Positions 52,131 through 63,039 are shown, numbered from the stretch's first letter. The stretch: 64,000 nt of DNA from an uncultured delta proteobacterium (GCA_963826785.1 CAWGYD010000003.1:160001-224000); one strand, 5' to 3'. The notes: a model not told the origin generated them from the sequence alone. Numbers and translations: made by a program.

Positions 52131-53146
52131 TCACTCAGCCCGGGGTCTGAAAATATCTTCGATGAGCCGGATCTCCCGGCACAGGGCCGCAAACTGTTGC
52201 GGGTACAGGGACTGGACCCCGTCGCTCTTGGCGTTTTCGGGTTCATGATGGACTTCGATCATGATGCCGTGGGCATTCACCGCAGCAGCCGCCCGGGCGA
52301 GCGGGACCACCTGGTCCCGGTACCCGGCGGCATGGCTGGGGTCCACCACCACGGGCAGATGGCTTTCCCGCCGCACCACCGGCACGGCGGACAGGTCCAG
52401 CGTGTTGCGGCTGTGGCGGGCAAAAGTCCGCACGCCCCGCTCGCAAAGGATGACATCGGGGTTGCCTTCGGCCATGATGTATTCGGCCGCCATCAGCCAC
52501 TCGTCCACTGTGGCCGACATGCCGCGTTTTAACAGCACCGGCTTTTTGCTTTCCCCGGCCCGGCGCAGCAGGGAAAAATTCTGCATGTTGCGCGTGCCGA
52601 TCTGAACGACATCCGCGTATTTTTCCACCATGTCGAAATGCGACAGGTCCATTACCTCGGTGACTACCGGCAGGTCGAACTCGCTTCTTACCCTGGCCAG
52701 GATTTTCAATCCCTCCTCACCGAGCCCCTGGAATGAATAGGGAGACGTTCGCGGCTTGAAGGCGCCGCCCCGGAACAGGTCCCCGCCCGCTGCCTTGACG
52801 TGTCCGGCGATGGTCAGGGCCTGCATTTCGCTCTCCACCGCACAGGGTCCGGCGATAATGGCCAGACGATCCCCGCCGATGACGGCGGTTCCGGTCCGAA
52901 TGACCGTATCGGCCGGCCGGGTCTCGCGGCTGACCAGCTTGAACGGCCGGGTAACGGTGATGGCCTCTTTCACCCCGGGCAGCTCCTGAAAATAGGTGGC
53001 GTCCACCGCCCCCTTGTTGAACAAAACCGCTATGGATACCCGGTCTCCCCCGGGATCGGCCGGGCCTCGTATCCTTTTTCCCCGATCGCGGAGATGACCG
53101 CATCGATCTGTTCCCGGCCGGCGTCTTTGCGCATGACAATCAGCAT
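52131..53146 (-). CDS. aroF: DAHP synthase type I-beta with N-terminal regulatory domain (frameshift in a G run near 53050)
   Basis: MLIVMRKDA start, IAGPCAVE, GGAFKPRTSPYSFQG, IGTRNMQN, LCERG, VDPSH. Confidence 0.93.
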
Positions 53147-53172
53147 ATTGCAACCCCCTTTTGGTTAGGAAT

Positions 53173-53214
53173 AAAAAAAGACCGTGGGGCCTTCAAGCGG
53201 CCCTCACGGTCTTT
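53173..53214 (-). terminator. Attenuator terminator in the aroF leader
   Basis: AAAGACCGTGAGGGCC-GCTTGAA-GGCCCCACGGTC-TTTTTTT, ending 27 bp before the aroF start. Confidence 0.88.
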
Positions 53215-53241
53215 GTCGTGGTATAAATGGGATCTAAAAAA

Positions 53242-53328
53242 CTAATCCGACGCCGGCCAAAAGGCACGCCCTGATATGTCGCCTTTCCGCCACCAGTTTC
53301 CAAATTGTCGAATTTGCATTGAATTCAT
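53242..53328 (-). CDS. Trp-containing leader peptide (attenuator uORF)
   Basis: MNSMQIRQFGNWWRKGDISGRAFWPASD*, with tandem TGG TGG. Confidence 0.8.
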   Translation of the reverse strand: MNSMQIRQFGNWWRKGDISGRAFWPASD

Positions 53329-53651
53329 CTTCAGATATCCATATTCTTCCCAATGTTCATTTTATCTATATGAAAAAAAAGGGCTTGTCAATTCCTGAAA
53401 TATCCGCAATGAAACGTTTTTTCAGGCGAATCCCTTTGCAGTCCCGACCGCCCGCAGGGGTGACGGACCCTTGCGGATAACGGCAAATCCGATGATTCTT
53501 GACATGGATATATCTTTTGACCATATATTTATCAAAAACGCCTGCCGGGCAGATGACGGTGCCGGTTTAGCCACAAGACCGGCTTTTGGTCCAGGCACGA
53601 AAACCCAGTGCGGTTTACCATATTTTCAGAACACTTTTCAGGAGGTAGGAG

Positions 53652-55778
53652 ATGGCGGAAGACCTCGGCATCGATACGGGGGAATTACTGATCCACCCGG
53701 ACATCCATAAAATGACGTCCCACTGCAACACCGTACTTCAGGAGCGCCTGAATTTCCAACCCGATACCTGCAGGGTGTTCGATCACGCCATCTACCGGCT
53801 GCAGGATGATCGGGATTACGATTTCCAGATTCACCCGTCTGCCCGGGAAATGCTGCCGGCCATCATCGACAACTGTGTTCAGCAGGTGGTCCGGGAACCC
53901 GATCCGGCAGCGGAACTGCAAAATCGGTATCGGCAAAAAAGAAGAATCGGCATCGTCTTTTCCGGCGGGCCGGCGCCCGGCGGCCATAATGTCATTGCCG
54001 GGGTTTTCGACGCCATGAAAAAAGCCAATCCGGACAATATGCTGCTCGGGTTTCTCCTGGGACCCGACGGAATTCTCGAAAACGACTACGTGGAAATCAC
54101 CAAGGAAATGGTGGATTCATACCGGAACCTGGGCGGATTCACCATGATCAAAACCGGGCGGACCAAGATCGACACCGTGTCCAAAATGAGACTGGCCCGG
54201 GAAAACTGCCTGAAGCTCAACCTCGATGCACTGGTGATCGTGGGGGGCGACGACTCCAACACCAATGCCGCGTTTCTGGCCCAGGCCCTCTATGATGACG
54301 GCATCCAGGTCATCGGCGTGCCCAAGACCATCGACGGCGACATCCAGGTCCGGGACAAGAACGACAAGCTCATGTGCGCCATATCGTTTGGCTTTCACAC
54401 CGCGGCCCGGGCGTTCGCCCAGGACATCAGCGGACTGTGCGCCGACTGCAGTTCGGACGTGAAATACTGGCATGTCTGCAAGGTGATGGGGCGGGTGGCC
54501 AGCCATCTGGGCCTGGAAGTGGCGCTGCAGGTGCATCCCAACATCGTGCTCATCGGCGAGGAGATGGTCGATTACATCGACACCGACCGGGTGAAAAAGG
54601 CCGATGAACAAGGCACTGTCGATTACACCGCCTATGGCATGACCCTGCGCCATGTGTCGCGCATGATCTGCGACGGCATTGTCCGCCGGGCGCTCATGGG
54701 GAAAAACTACGGCATCATCGTCATTCCCGAAGGGGTCCTGGAGTTCATCAATGAAATCCAGGTTTTTATCATCAAGCTCAACACCATCATCGCCGATCAC
54801 AACTCCACCCATGACCGTGACTTCCACAGCGCATTCCCCACTCTCGAGGAAAAACTGGACTATTTGCGCCGCCTGGCCCGCCAGACGCGGGAGGAAAAAA
54901 CCTTTTCCGTGTGGAATACCCGGGATGACGACCTCTTCAATGTCCTCCCGCCTTTTTTCCAGGAAGGTCTGCTGACCGAACGGGACAGCCACGGTAATTT
55001 CCAGTTTTCCCAGGTGCAGACCGAAAAGGTGATCCTGGGGCTGGTGAAGGACTACCTCAAGATCCTGCAGGAACGGGGGGAATACAAGATCGGCCTCTCC
55101 CGGGAATGGTACCGGCGGACCATGGAGCGGGGCGGACTGGATCCGGGGCAGTTCGCAAAGGCCCTGTTCAAAAATTACGCCTCCGACGACCAGTTCCTGC
55201 TGGTCAAGAACAGCATTGTTTCGGTCAAGACGCTCAAACAGGAGCTCAACCGGGAAGGCGTGCTGTGGAAAACCGAAGACCTGCCGTCGGCCATTCAGAA
55301 GGTGTACCAGGCCTCCGTACCCAAATTCAAAACCCAGGAGCATTTCTACGGCTACGACGGCAGGGGAAACGACCCCACCTGGTTTGACTGCACCTACACC
55401 TACAACCTGGGGCTGACGGTGTTCGCGCTCATCGCCAACAGCGCCACCGGCCAGATGGCGGCCATCCGGAACCTGGAGAAAAGTTTCGACCAATGGGAGC
55501 CCATCGGCATCCCCCTGGGTCCGCTGATGCACCTGGAGGAGAGAAAGGGAAAGCTGGAACTGGTGCTGGAGCGGTCCGTCGTGGACATCGAATCGCCTGC
55601 ATTCAAGGTGTTCAAGACCCTGCGGGATCGGTGGCTGGGCATCCACCCCGGGAATGACTGCTACCGGCGGCCCGGCCCGGTCCACTTTACCGGAGACGGC
55701 GAGGACGACCGCCCCCTGACCCTGGTGCTCAACAACCTGGCCAATCACCGGCATCCGGAGGGGCAGGCCGAAGGCTGA
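53652..55778 (+). CDS. pfp: Pyrophosphate-dependent phosphofructokinase, long form
   Basis: SGGPAPGGHN, GGDDSNT (PPi-type Asp), PKTIDGD, MGR, GYDGR. Confidence 0.9.
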   Translation: MAEDLGIDTGELLIHPDIHKMTSHCNTVLQERLNFQPDTCRVFDHAIYRLQDDRDYDFQIHPSAREMLPAIIDNCVQQVVREPDPAAELQNRYRQKRRIGIVFSGGPAPGGHNVIAGVFDAMKKANPDNMLLGFLLGPDGILENDYVEITKEMVDSYRNLGGFTMIKTGRTKIDTVSKMRLARENCLKLNLDALVIVGGDDSNTNAAFLAQALYDDGIQVIGVPKTIDGDIQVRDKNDKLMCAISFGFHTAARAFAQDISGLCADCSSDVKYWHVCKVMGRVASHLGLEVALQVHPNIVLIGEEMVDYIDTDRVKKADEQGTVDYTAYGMTLRHVSRMICDGIVRRALMGKNYGIIVIPEGVLEFINEIQVFIIKLNTIIADHNSTHDRDFHSAFPTLEEKLDYLRRLARQTREEKTFSVWNTRDDDLFNVLPPFFQEGLLTERDSHGNFQFSQVQTEKVILGLVKDYLKILQERGEYKIGLSREWYRRTMERGGLDPGQFAKALFKNYASDDQFLLVKNSIVSVKTLKQELNREGVLWKTEDLPSAIQKVYQASVPKFKTQEHFYGYDGRGNDPTWFDCTYTYNLGLTVFALIANSATGQMAAIRNLEKSFDQWEPIGIPLGPLMHLEERKGKLELVLERSVVDIESPAFKVFKTLRDRWLGIHPGNDCYRRPGPVHFTGDGEDDRPLTLVLNNLANHRHPEGQAEG

Positions 55779-55790
55779 AGGTAAAAAATT

Positions 55791-55832
55791 AAAGCCCGCC
55801 AAAAAGCATGAAGATGCTTTTTGGCGGGCTTT
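55791..55832. terminator. Bidirectional terminator between pfp and mrp
   Basis: Perfect 19-bp stem AAAGCCCGCCAAAAAGCAT/ATGCTTTTTGGCGGGCTTT. Confidence 0.88.
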
Positions 55833-55844
55833 GCTTTTGGGCAG

Positions 55845-55910
55845 TTGGAATAATAAAATGTTTAAATGATGGGTCCGTTGATCCCCGGCATTCCATCATT
55901 CCATTACGCC
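55845..55910. repeat. Degenerate inverted TGGAATRN/NYATTCCA 8-mer repeat
   Basis: TTGGAATAATAAAATGTTTAAATGATGG...CATTCCATCATTCCA, same family as 26002-26178. Confidence 0.6.
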
Positions 55911-55921
55911 AATCCTTTCTT

Positions 55922-56788
55922 TTATCCGGCCTTGGGCGCTTTTTCCCCCAGCAGTTCCACCAGCCTGGCGGCAATATCGGCAAACGCCTGGGCGGCCGGG
56001 CTCCCCTTGAATGCGTCCTGGTATGATTTGCCCGAATCGCCGGCTTTGACGATGTTGGGATCAAAGGGGATCCGTCCCAGAAAGGGGATATCAAACTGCC
56101 GGGCGGTCTTTTCTCCGCCGCCGGTGCCGAAAAGTTCCGCCGTCTGGTTGCAGTGGGGGCAGACATAGCCGCTCATGTTTTCCACCAGGCCCACCATGTC
56201 CCGATTGAGTTTCTTGCAGAAACTGATCGATTTTCGAACATCGGACAGGGCCACTTCCTGGGGTGTGGTCACGATGACGGGGCGGGCGTCCTTGATGGTC
56301 TGGGCCACGCTCAAGGGTTCATCCCCGGTGCCCGGCGGCGAATCGATGATCAGAAAATCGAGTTCGCCCCAGTCCACGTCCGATACGAACTGGGTGATGG
56401 CCGAATGCTTCAGCGGCCCGCGCCAGATGACCGCATCATCCCGGTTGGGCATGAGGTTTTCGATGGAGATGGCCTTCAGGTTGTCCGAATAGGACATGGG
56501 GGCCAGCTTGTCATTGCCGCCGGCAGTTGCCAGCCCGCTCAATCCCAGCATCCGGGGCACGTCGGGGCCGTGCAGGTCCACGTCCATGAGCCCCACTTTA
56601 TATCCCCTGGCGGCCAGGGCGATGGCCAGGTTGACCGACACGCTGGTTTTTCCCACCCCGCCTTTTCCGCTCATCACCATCAGCTTGTATTTGATTTTGT
56701 CCAGCGAATCGCTGAGCTTTTTCTGCTGTTCCTGCGCCGCCATGTCCTGCTGGATCGAAACGCCGGAATTGCCTTTACAATTTGCCAT
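55922..56788 (-). CDS. mrp: Mrp/NBP35 (ApbC) Fe-S cluster carrier ATPase
   Basis: SGKGGVGKT, DVDLHGP, IWRGP, DSPPGTGDE, ENMSGYVCPHC. Confidence 0.94.
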   Translation of the reverse strand: MANCKGNSGVSIQQDMAAQEQQKKLSDSLDKIKYKLMVMSGKGGVGKTSVSVNLAIALAARGYKVGLMDVDLHGPDVPRMLGLSGLATAGGNDKLAPMSYSDNLKAISIENLMPNRDDAVIWRGPLKHSAITQFVSDVDWGELDFLIIDSPPGTGDEPLSVAQTIKDARPVIVTTPQEVALSDVRKSISFCKKLNRDMVGLVENMSGYVCPHCNQTAELFGTGGGEKTARQFDIPFLGRIPFDPNIVKAGDSGKSYQDAFKGSPAAQAFADIAARLVELLGEKAPKAG

Positions 56789-56915
56789 TTCCGCTCCTTT
56801 GAATTGAAATTCTACTGTTTATTTAAAACGTTATTTCTCGCCATGGCGCAAAGATTCCAGACAGTTTTTCTCATGGAATGAATGCATCTGTGATTTTGCA
56901 CACGGCGTATTTTGA

Positions 56916-57353
56916 TCAGCAGCCTGCCGGTTTGACGGATTCGGCGTGCGCACGATGGATATTGGTATCGCCGCAGGCCGGACATTTATCCGGCCGCCCC
57001 GTCCCGCAGGTTTCATGCCATTCATATTCACATGTTACACATTTAAACAGCCGCTCCGTGGAGCAGAACTGGTAGTTTCCCCCCTCCACATTGATGGCCT
57101 TGCCGTTGATCAACGCATCGGCCACGTGCCGGCGGGCCTGCTCCAGTATGCGGCCGAAGGTGGCTCTCGACACCCCCATCCGGTTTCCCGCATCCTCGTG
57201 GGAAAATCCTTCCAGATCGGCCAGCCGCAAAGCCTCCCGTTCGTCTATGGCCAGTCGGACTTCTTCCAGTTCCACCATGGGAATGCCCCGGGGCTTGAAA
57301 TAACAAACCCCCGGATTGAAACCCACCAGCCTTTTCTTATGTGGTCTTCCCAT
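56916..57353 (-). CDS. DUF134 (UPF0251) DNA-binding protein with Zn-ribbon
   Basis: YFKPRGIP, EALRLADLEG, MGVSRATFGRIL, CVTC...CPACG. Confidence 0.9.
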   Translation of the reverse strand: MGRPHKKRLVGFNPGVCYFKPRGIPMVELEEVRLAIDEREALRLADLEGFSHEDAGNRMGVSRATFGRILEQARRHVADALINGKAINVEGGNYQFCSTERLFKCVTCEYEWHETCGTGRPDKCPACGDTNIHRAHAESVKPAGC

Positions 57354-57480
57354 ACGCTCCCCTGAAAAGTTTTAAACATATGCTCACAAAAATAGAAGCC
57401 GTAGCATATTTGTCAACCCATATTTTGCCCCACCACGGGACACGGTATTTTCTTTTGTTTCTAAAAATTTCCCCGGCCGC

Positions 57481-58791
57481 TTATTTCTTCAGATCCTCCA
57501 GGCGGACCCGGACCGAGCCGGCGTGGGCGCCCAGGGCTTCTGTTTCCGCCAGGCGGATGATATCTCCGGCCTCATGTTCGAACGCCGCCCGGGAATAATG
57601 GATCAGGCTGGTCTGTTTCACGAAGGTGTCCACGGAAAGCGCCGAGGAGAACCGGGCCGTCCCCCCGGTGGGAAGCACGTGATTCGTGCCGGCGATATAG
57701 TCGCCCACGGGTTCCGGGGTGTATTCCCCCACGAACACCGCACCGGCGTTTCGAATCTGTCCCAGATGGACAAAAGGGGAATCGATCATCAATTCCAGGT
57801 GCTCCGGGGCGATCCGGTTGGAAAGGCCGATGGCGGCCGTAATGTCTGCAACCACCAGGATGGCGCCGAAATCCGCGAGCGACTGGCGGGCAATGTCCTG
57901 ACGCTCCAGCGCCGAAAGCTGTTGTTTGATTTCATTTTCCACCGCATGGGCCACTTCCGCCGAGTCCGTGATCAGCATGGCCGAAGCCAGAATGTCGTGC
58001 TCGGCCTGGGAGAGCATGTCCGCGGCGATAAAACGCGGGTTGGCGGACTTGTCGGCAATCACCAGAATTTCGCTGGGACCGGCGATCATGTCGATTCCCA
58101 CGGTGCCGGAAAGCATTTTCTTGGCCAGGGTGACATAGATATTTCCCGGCCCCACGATGACATCCACCTTGGGGAGGGTTTGCGTGCCGTAGGCCAGGGC
58201 CGCGACCGCCCAGGCGCTCCCCGCCTTGTAGACCGCATCGATGCCCACCCGCCCCGCGGCGGCCAGCAGGTGCGGATTGATATCGCCCGCCCGGGTGGGC
58301 GGCGTCACCATCACCGTGCGGCCCACCCCGGCGATTTTGGCCGGGATCGCCCCCATCAGCACGGAAGAAACCAGGGGCGTGAGCCCGCCCTTTGCGCCGG
58401 GCACGTAGATGCCCGCGGCATCCACGGGTGAAAACAGCTGCCCCAGCATCACCCCCGGGCGCGAAGTGGAGATCCATGAATTTCGAACCTGTCGCTGGTG
58501 AAATTGCCGGATCTGTTCGATGGCCCGATCCAGGGACGACAGGAATGCGGAATCGACCCGGCCCAGGGCGGCCTCCATGTCAGCCGGGGTGATTGCCATC
58601 TGCTCAACGGTCAGTTCAGGGGCGTCAAACTGCCGGGTGTATTCAATCAGTGCTTCGTCACCCCGCTCTTTTACGTCTGATAAAATGGCGGCGACCCGGT
58701 CATACACCTCGCCCTTGATGTCCAGGCTCCGGTTGATGATGGAAGCAAGCCTGTTTTCCGCCTCGTCGGAAGGATACGTGAGAATATTCAT
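57481..58791 (-). CDS. hisD: Histidinol dehydrogenase
   Basis: GIYVPG, VGPGNIYV, DMIAGPSE, SQAEHD, APEHLEL, GDYIAGTNHVLPT. Confidence 0.96.
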   Translation of the reverse strand: MNILTYPSDEAENRLASIINRSLDIKGEVYDRVAAILSDVKERGDEALIEYTRQFDAPELTVEQMAITPADMEAALGRVDSAFLSSLDRAIEQIRQFHQRQVRNSWISTSRPGVMLGQLFSPVDAAGIYVPGAKGGLTPLVSSVLMGAIPAKIAGVGRTVMVTPPTRAGDINPHLLAAAGRVGIDAVYKAGSAWAVAALAYGTQTLPKVDVIVGPGNIYVTLAKKMLSGTVGIDMIAGPSEILVIADKSANPRFIAADMLSQAEHDILASAMLITDSAEVAHAVENEIKQQLSALERQDIARQSLADFGAILVVADITAAIGLSNRIAPEHLELMIDSPFVHLGQIRNAGAVFVGEYTPEPVGDYIAGTNHVLPTGGTARFSSALSVDTFVKQTSLIHYSRAAFEHEAGDIIRLAETEALGAHAGSVRVRLEDLKK

Positions 58792-58948
58792 TTGAATGCC
58801 TCTGCTGTTTGAAAGATAAAAGTATCTGAGAATATACTCATATCACATATTGACATCAACAGAAAATTTTGGCATTGTAGCCAATTTAATCGATGCTGAC
58901 CACTGCAAGGGTTTTTCACATCATATATAAAAACTGGAGGGAACATTC

Positions 58949-60037
58949 ATGACCGAAAAACGGATCGTCAACTTCAACCCGGGACCGGCGGCGCTTCCCC
59001 TGCCCGTCCTGACGGAAATTCAGGAATCTTTTTTGAATTTTAAAAACAGCGGGATGTCCATCACCGAAGTCAGCCACCGGTCCAAATGGTTCGAAGCGGT
59101 TTTAGAGGATGCCATCGCCCGGACCAGGCGGCTGCTCAAACTTGACGACCGTTACCACGTCCTGTTTCTCCAGGGCGGCGCCAGCATGCAGTTTGCCATG
59201 ATCCCCATGAACCTCATGCCGGCTGGAAAATCAGCTGACTTTGTAAACACCGGCACCTGGTCCACCAAGGCCATCAAGGAAGCCAAAATCCAGAAAAAGG
59301 CGTACAAAGTGGTGGCCTCTTCCGAAGACCGGGATTTCTGCTATATTCCCAAAGACATCGCCTTCAGCAAAGATGCCGTGTTTGCGCATATCACCTCCAA
59401 CAACACCATCAAGGGCACCCAGTGGGCCGCGTTTCCGGATACCGGCCGCGTTCCCATCATCTCGGACATGTCTTCGGATATCATGTCCCGCCGCTTCGAT
59501 GCCGATAAATTCGGCATGATCTATGCCGGCGCCCAGAAAAACATCGGCCCGGCCGGCGTCACCATGGTCATCCTTCGAAAAGACATGCTGGATCTGATCC
59601 CCGAAGGGCTGCCCTCCATGCTGGATTACAACACCTACGCGTCCAAGAATTCCATGTATAACACCCCGCCCTGCTTTGCCATCTACACCGTTCAGCTGGT
59701 GCTCAAATGGCTGGAAGAGACCGTGGGCGGAATCGATGCCATGGAAGCGGTCAACCGGGAAAAAGCGGCGCTGCTCTATGATTTCATCGACGCCTCGGGT
59801 TTTTACCGGGGCACCGCGGACAAGGACAGCCGGTCGCTCATGAACGTCACTTTCCGGCTTCCAGATGAAGACCTGGAGAAAAAATTCATCGGCGAAGCTG
59901 CTGCCGCCGACCTGGGCGGGCTCAAGGGCCACCGGTCCGTAGGCGGCTGCCGGGCCTCCATCTACAATGCCATGACGGTAGATGGCGTTAAAAAGCTGGT
60001 CGATTTCATGAAGCAGTTTGAGAGCAAAAACGGGTAG
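58949..60037 (+). CDS. serC: Phosphoserine aminotransferase
   Basis: NFNPGPAALP, LQGGASMQF, DMSSD, YAGAQKNIGP, NTPP, GHRSVGG. Confidence 0.96.
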   Translation: MTEKRIVNFNPGPAALPLPVLTEIQESFLNFKNSGMSITEVSHRSKWFEAVLEDAIARTRRLLKLDDRYHVLFLQGGASMQFAMIPMNLMPAGKSADFVNTGTWSTKAIKEAKIQKKAYKVVASSEDRDFCYIPKDIAFSKDAVFAHITSNNTIKGTQWAAFPDTGRVPIISDMSSDIMSRRFDADKFGMIYAGAQKNIGPAGVTMVILRKDMLDLIPEGLPSMLDYNTYASKNSMYNTPPCFAIYTVQLVLKWLEETVGGIDAMEAVNREKAALLYDFIDASGFYRGTADKDSRSLMNVTFRLPDEDLEKKFIGEAAAADLGGLKGHRSVGGCRASIYNAMTVDGVKKLVDFMKQFESKNG

Positions 60038-60230
60038 CATGAATTTACTCTTGAAACCAAAGGGAAAATTTATATATTAAATAAGTTGTTCTCGCAAAGG
60101 CCCTTGAACAAAGTTTTTCGCGGCCTTTGCGGGAGCATGCTGTTTAGCGCCATGATGCAAGCCGGATCGTTCTTCCCCAGACGCGAGCGCGCGGCCGGAA
60201 AAATTGCAAATTCAACAAAACGAGAAGCAG

Positions 60231-62995
60231 ATGAACCCAAATACCCTCACCATCAACGGCAATTCTTTTGCCTTCCAGGAAGGTGAAACCATTCTGGAAG
60301 TCGCCCGGAAAAACCATATCGACATCCCCACGCTCTGCTACCTGAAAGGGGCCACCCCCACGGGGGCCTGCCGGATCTGCGTGGTGGAGGTCGAAAACGC
60401 GCGCAGCCTGATGCCCGCCTGCTCCACCCCGGCATCGGCCGGCATGAAAGTGCTCACCGAATCCCCCCAGGTGGTGGAATCCCGGAAAATGACGCTGCGG
60501 CTGCTCCTGTCCTCGGGAAACCACAACTGCGCGGTCCGGGGTTCGGATACGGGCAGCTGGACGGCGTTTCAGCTCAAGGTCCACCAGCAGGACGGCAGCG
60601 AGGACCTCTGCCCGGTCTGGGGCGACTGCGAACTCCAGAACCTGGCCTACCGTTACCAGGTCTCAGGGGATCAGCTTCCTGCCACCCGCACCCGCTATCC
60701 CATGGAAACCGTCAACCCGTTTATCATCCGGGATTTTTCCCGGTGCATCCTGTGCGGCAGATGCGTCCAGGCCTGCAACGATGTCCAGGTGAACAACGCC
60801 ATCAGCTTCGGCTACCGGGGGGCGGACACCAAGATCGTGGCCGCCGGCGACCGGCCCTTAAAGGATTCCGACTGCGTATTCTGCGGGGAATGCGTCCAGG
60901 CCTGCCCGGTGGGCGCCCTGGTGGAAAAGGATGCCCGTTACCGGTGGCGGCCCTGGGAAGTAAAAAAAGTCCGCACCACCTGCAGCTACTGCGGCGTGGG
61001 CTGCCAGATCGAACTGCAGGTCAAGGACAACAAGGTGGTCAAGGTCACCGGCGTGGATGAGCCCCCCAACAACGGCAGCCTGTGCGTCAAGGGCCGCTTC
61101 GGGTTTGACTTCATCGGCGCAAAAGACCGCCTGACCACCCCGCTGATCAAGGAAAACGGAAAATTCAGGGAAGCCACATGGGATGAGGCCCTGGATCTTA
61201 CCGCCCGGCGCCTCACCGAAATCAAGGAACAGTACGGCCCCGATGCTATCGGGGTGCTCACCTCGGCCCGGGTCACCAACGAGGAAAATTACCTGGCCAA
61301 CAAGTTCGCCCGCGCAGTGATCAAGACCAACAACATCGATCACTGCGCCCGCCTCTGACACAGCTCCACCGTGGCCGGTCTGGCCGCAGCATTCGGGAGC
61401 GGGGCGATGACCAACACCATCGCAGACATTGAAACGGCGGATGTCATCCTGGTGACGGGTTCCAACACCACGGAAAACCACCCGGTCCTGTCCAGCTTCG
61501 TCAAGCGGGCCAAGACCTTCCGGGGGGCCAAACTGATCGTGGTGGATCCCCGGCGCATCAAGCTGGCCGAAATGGCCGATCACTGGCTCCGGCCAAACCT
61601 GGGCACGGACGTGGCCTGGATCAACGGGCTGATGCACGTGGTCATCAAGGAGGAGCTTGCGGACAAGGAATTTATCAAAAAGCGCACCACCGGACTTTGA
61701 AGCCTTGAAGAAGGTGGTGGAAAAATTCACCCCGGCGTACGTGGAAAAGGTCACCGGCATCCCCGCCGGCCAGATCATCGAAGCGGCCCGGCTGTTTGCC
61801 AAAGCGTCTGCCGGGGCCATCCTGTACTGCATGGGGATCACCCAGCACACCACCGGCACGGACAACGTGAAATCCCTGGCCAACCTGGCCATGCTGTGCG
61901 GCCACATGGGCAAACCCGGCGGCGGGGTCAACCCCCTGCGGGGCCAGAACAACGTCCAGGGGGCCTGCGACATGGGCGGCCTGCCCAACGTGTTTACCGG
62001 ATACCAGCAGGTCACCGATGAGGCCGTGCGCCAGAAAATGGAAAAAGCCTGGGATGTCACCGGCCTTCCGGCCAAACCGGGGATGACCGTCACGGAGATG
62101 GTCCCAAAGGCCCATGACGGTGAAATGAAGGCCATGTACATCATCGGGGAGAACCCGCTGGTCTCCGACCCGGACCTCAACCATGCGGAAAAAAGCTTCT
62201 CACACCTCGATTTCCTGGTGGTCCAGGACATCTTCATGACCGAAACCGCGCTGACGGCCGACGTGGTCTTCCCCACTGCCTGTTTTGCGGAAAAGGAAGG
62301 GACGTTTTCCAATACGGAGCGGCGGGTGCAGCGGGTGAGAAAAGCAGTCGATGCGCCGGGATCGGCGAAAGACGACTGGCAGGTCACCTCTGAGATCGCC
62401 ACCCGCATGGGATATCCCATGAAATACAACAGCGCCGAGGAAATTTTTAATGAAATCGCGGCTGTGACGCCCTCTTATGCCGGCCTCTCCTATGAGCGCA
62501 TCGAAAAGAGGGGCATCCACTGGCCCTGCCCCACCGCGGATCACCCGGGAACGCCGATCCTGCACACCCAGCAGTTCACCCACGGCCTGGGGGTGTTTCA
62601 CGCCATCGACTTCATCCCGCCCGCGGAGCAGACAGACGAACAGTACCCGCTTTATCTCACCACCGGCCGGGTGCTCTACCAGTACCACACCGGCACCATG
62701 ACCCGGCGCACCGACGGGCTTAAACGAGCGGGCCCCGGGGTCATTCGTGGAAATATCGCCGGCGGACGCCGAAAAATACGGACTGGCCGACGGCGAGGTA
62801 ATCAACATCGCCTCCCGCCGGGGCGAAATCAAGGCCCAGCTCAAGGTCTCCGAAAAAGCGGTGACCGGCACGGTCTTCATCCCGTTTCATTTTGCCGAGG
62901 CGGCTGCCAACCGGCTCACCAACGCAGCACTGGACCCGGTGGCCAAGATCCCGGAGTACAAAGTCTGTGCGGTGAAGCTGTCCAGGGCTGCCTGA
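60231..62995 (+). CDS. fdhA: Selenocysteine-containing Mo/W formate dehydrogenase alpha subunit with N-terminal Fe-S domains (Sec TGA at 61356-61358; frameshifts near 61695 and 62725)
   Basis: 2Fe-2S and 4Fe-4S motifs, [38 protein letters not shown], and C-terminal PEYKVCAV. Confidence 0.93.
61371..61387 (+). promoter_or_regulatory. Bacterial SECIS element
   Basis: GTGGCC-GGTCT-GGCCGC hairpin starting 12 nt after the in-frame TGA, with a GGUC apex as in the E. coli fdhF SECIS. Confidence 0.88.
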
Positions 62996-63039
62996 GTTTT
63001 AAGCCCGTGCATGGCTGAATCGGCAGATCAACTGTAAAT

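Noticed and set aside
53445..53500. Second GEMM-like riboswitch upstream of pfp (GGCAAATCC)
   Set aside because: It lacks the GNRA-capped P2 stem and the GCAAAGC core.
54117..55802. Long antisense ORFs (also 4484-5416, 12967-14298, 26216-27472, 36105-37550 and others)
   Set aside because: These are shadow frames of real GC-rich genes on the opposite strand.
61356..61358. Premature stop codon in fdhA
   Set aside because: It is the selenocysteine codon, given its active-site position and the SECIS.
8763..62995. Frameshifts in tetR, the ADC-like gene, epimerase, GH3, sigma54 activator, penicillin acylase, MFS, aroF and fdhA read as pseudogenisation or programmed frameshifting
   Set aside because: They look like single-base indels in otherwise intact genes, including housekeeping ones, and at least one is in a homopolymer (the aroF G run). 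Sequencing error is the simplest explanation; read polishing would settle it.
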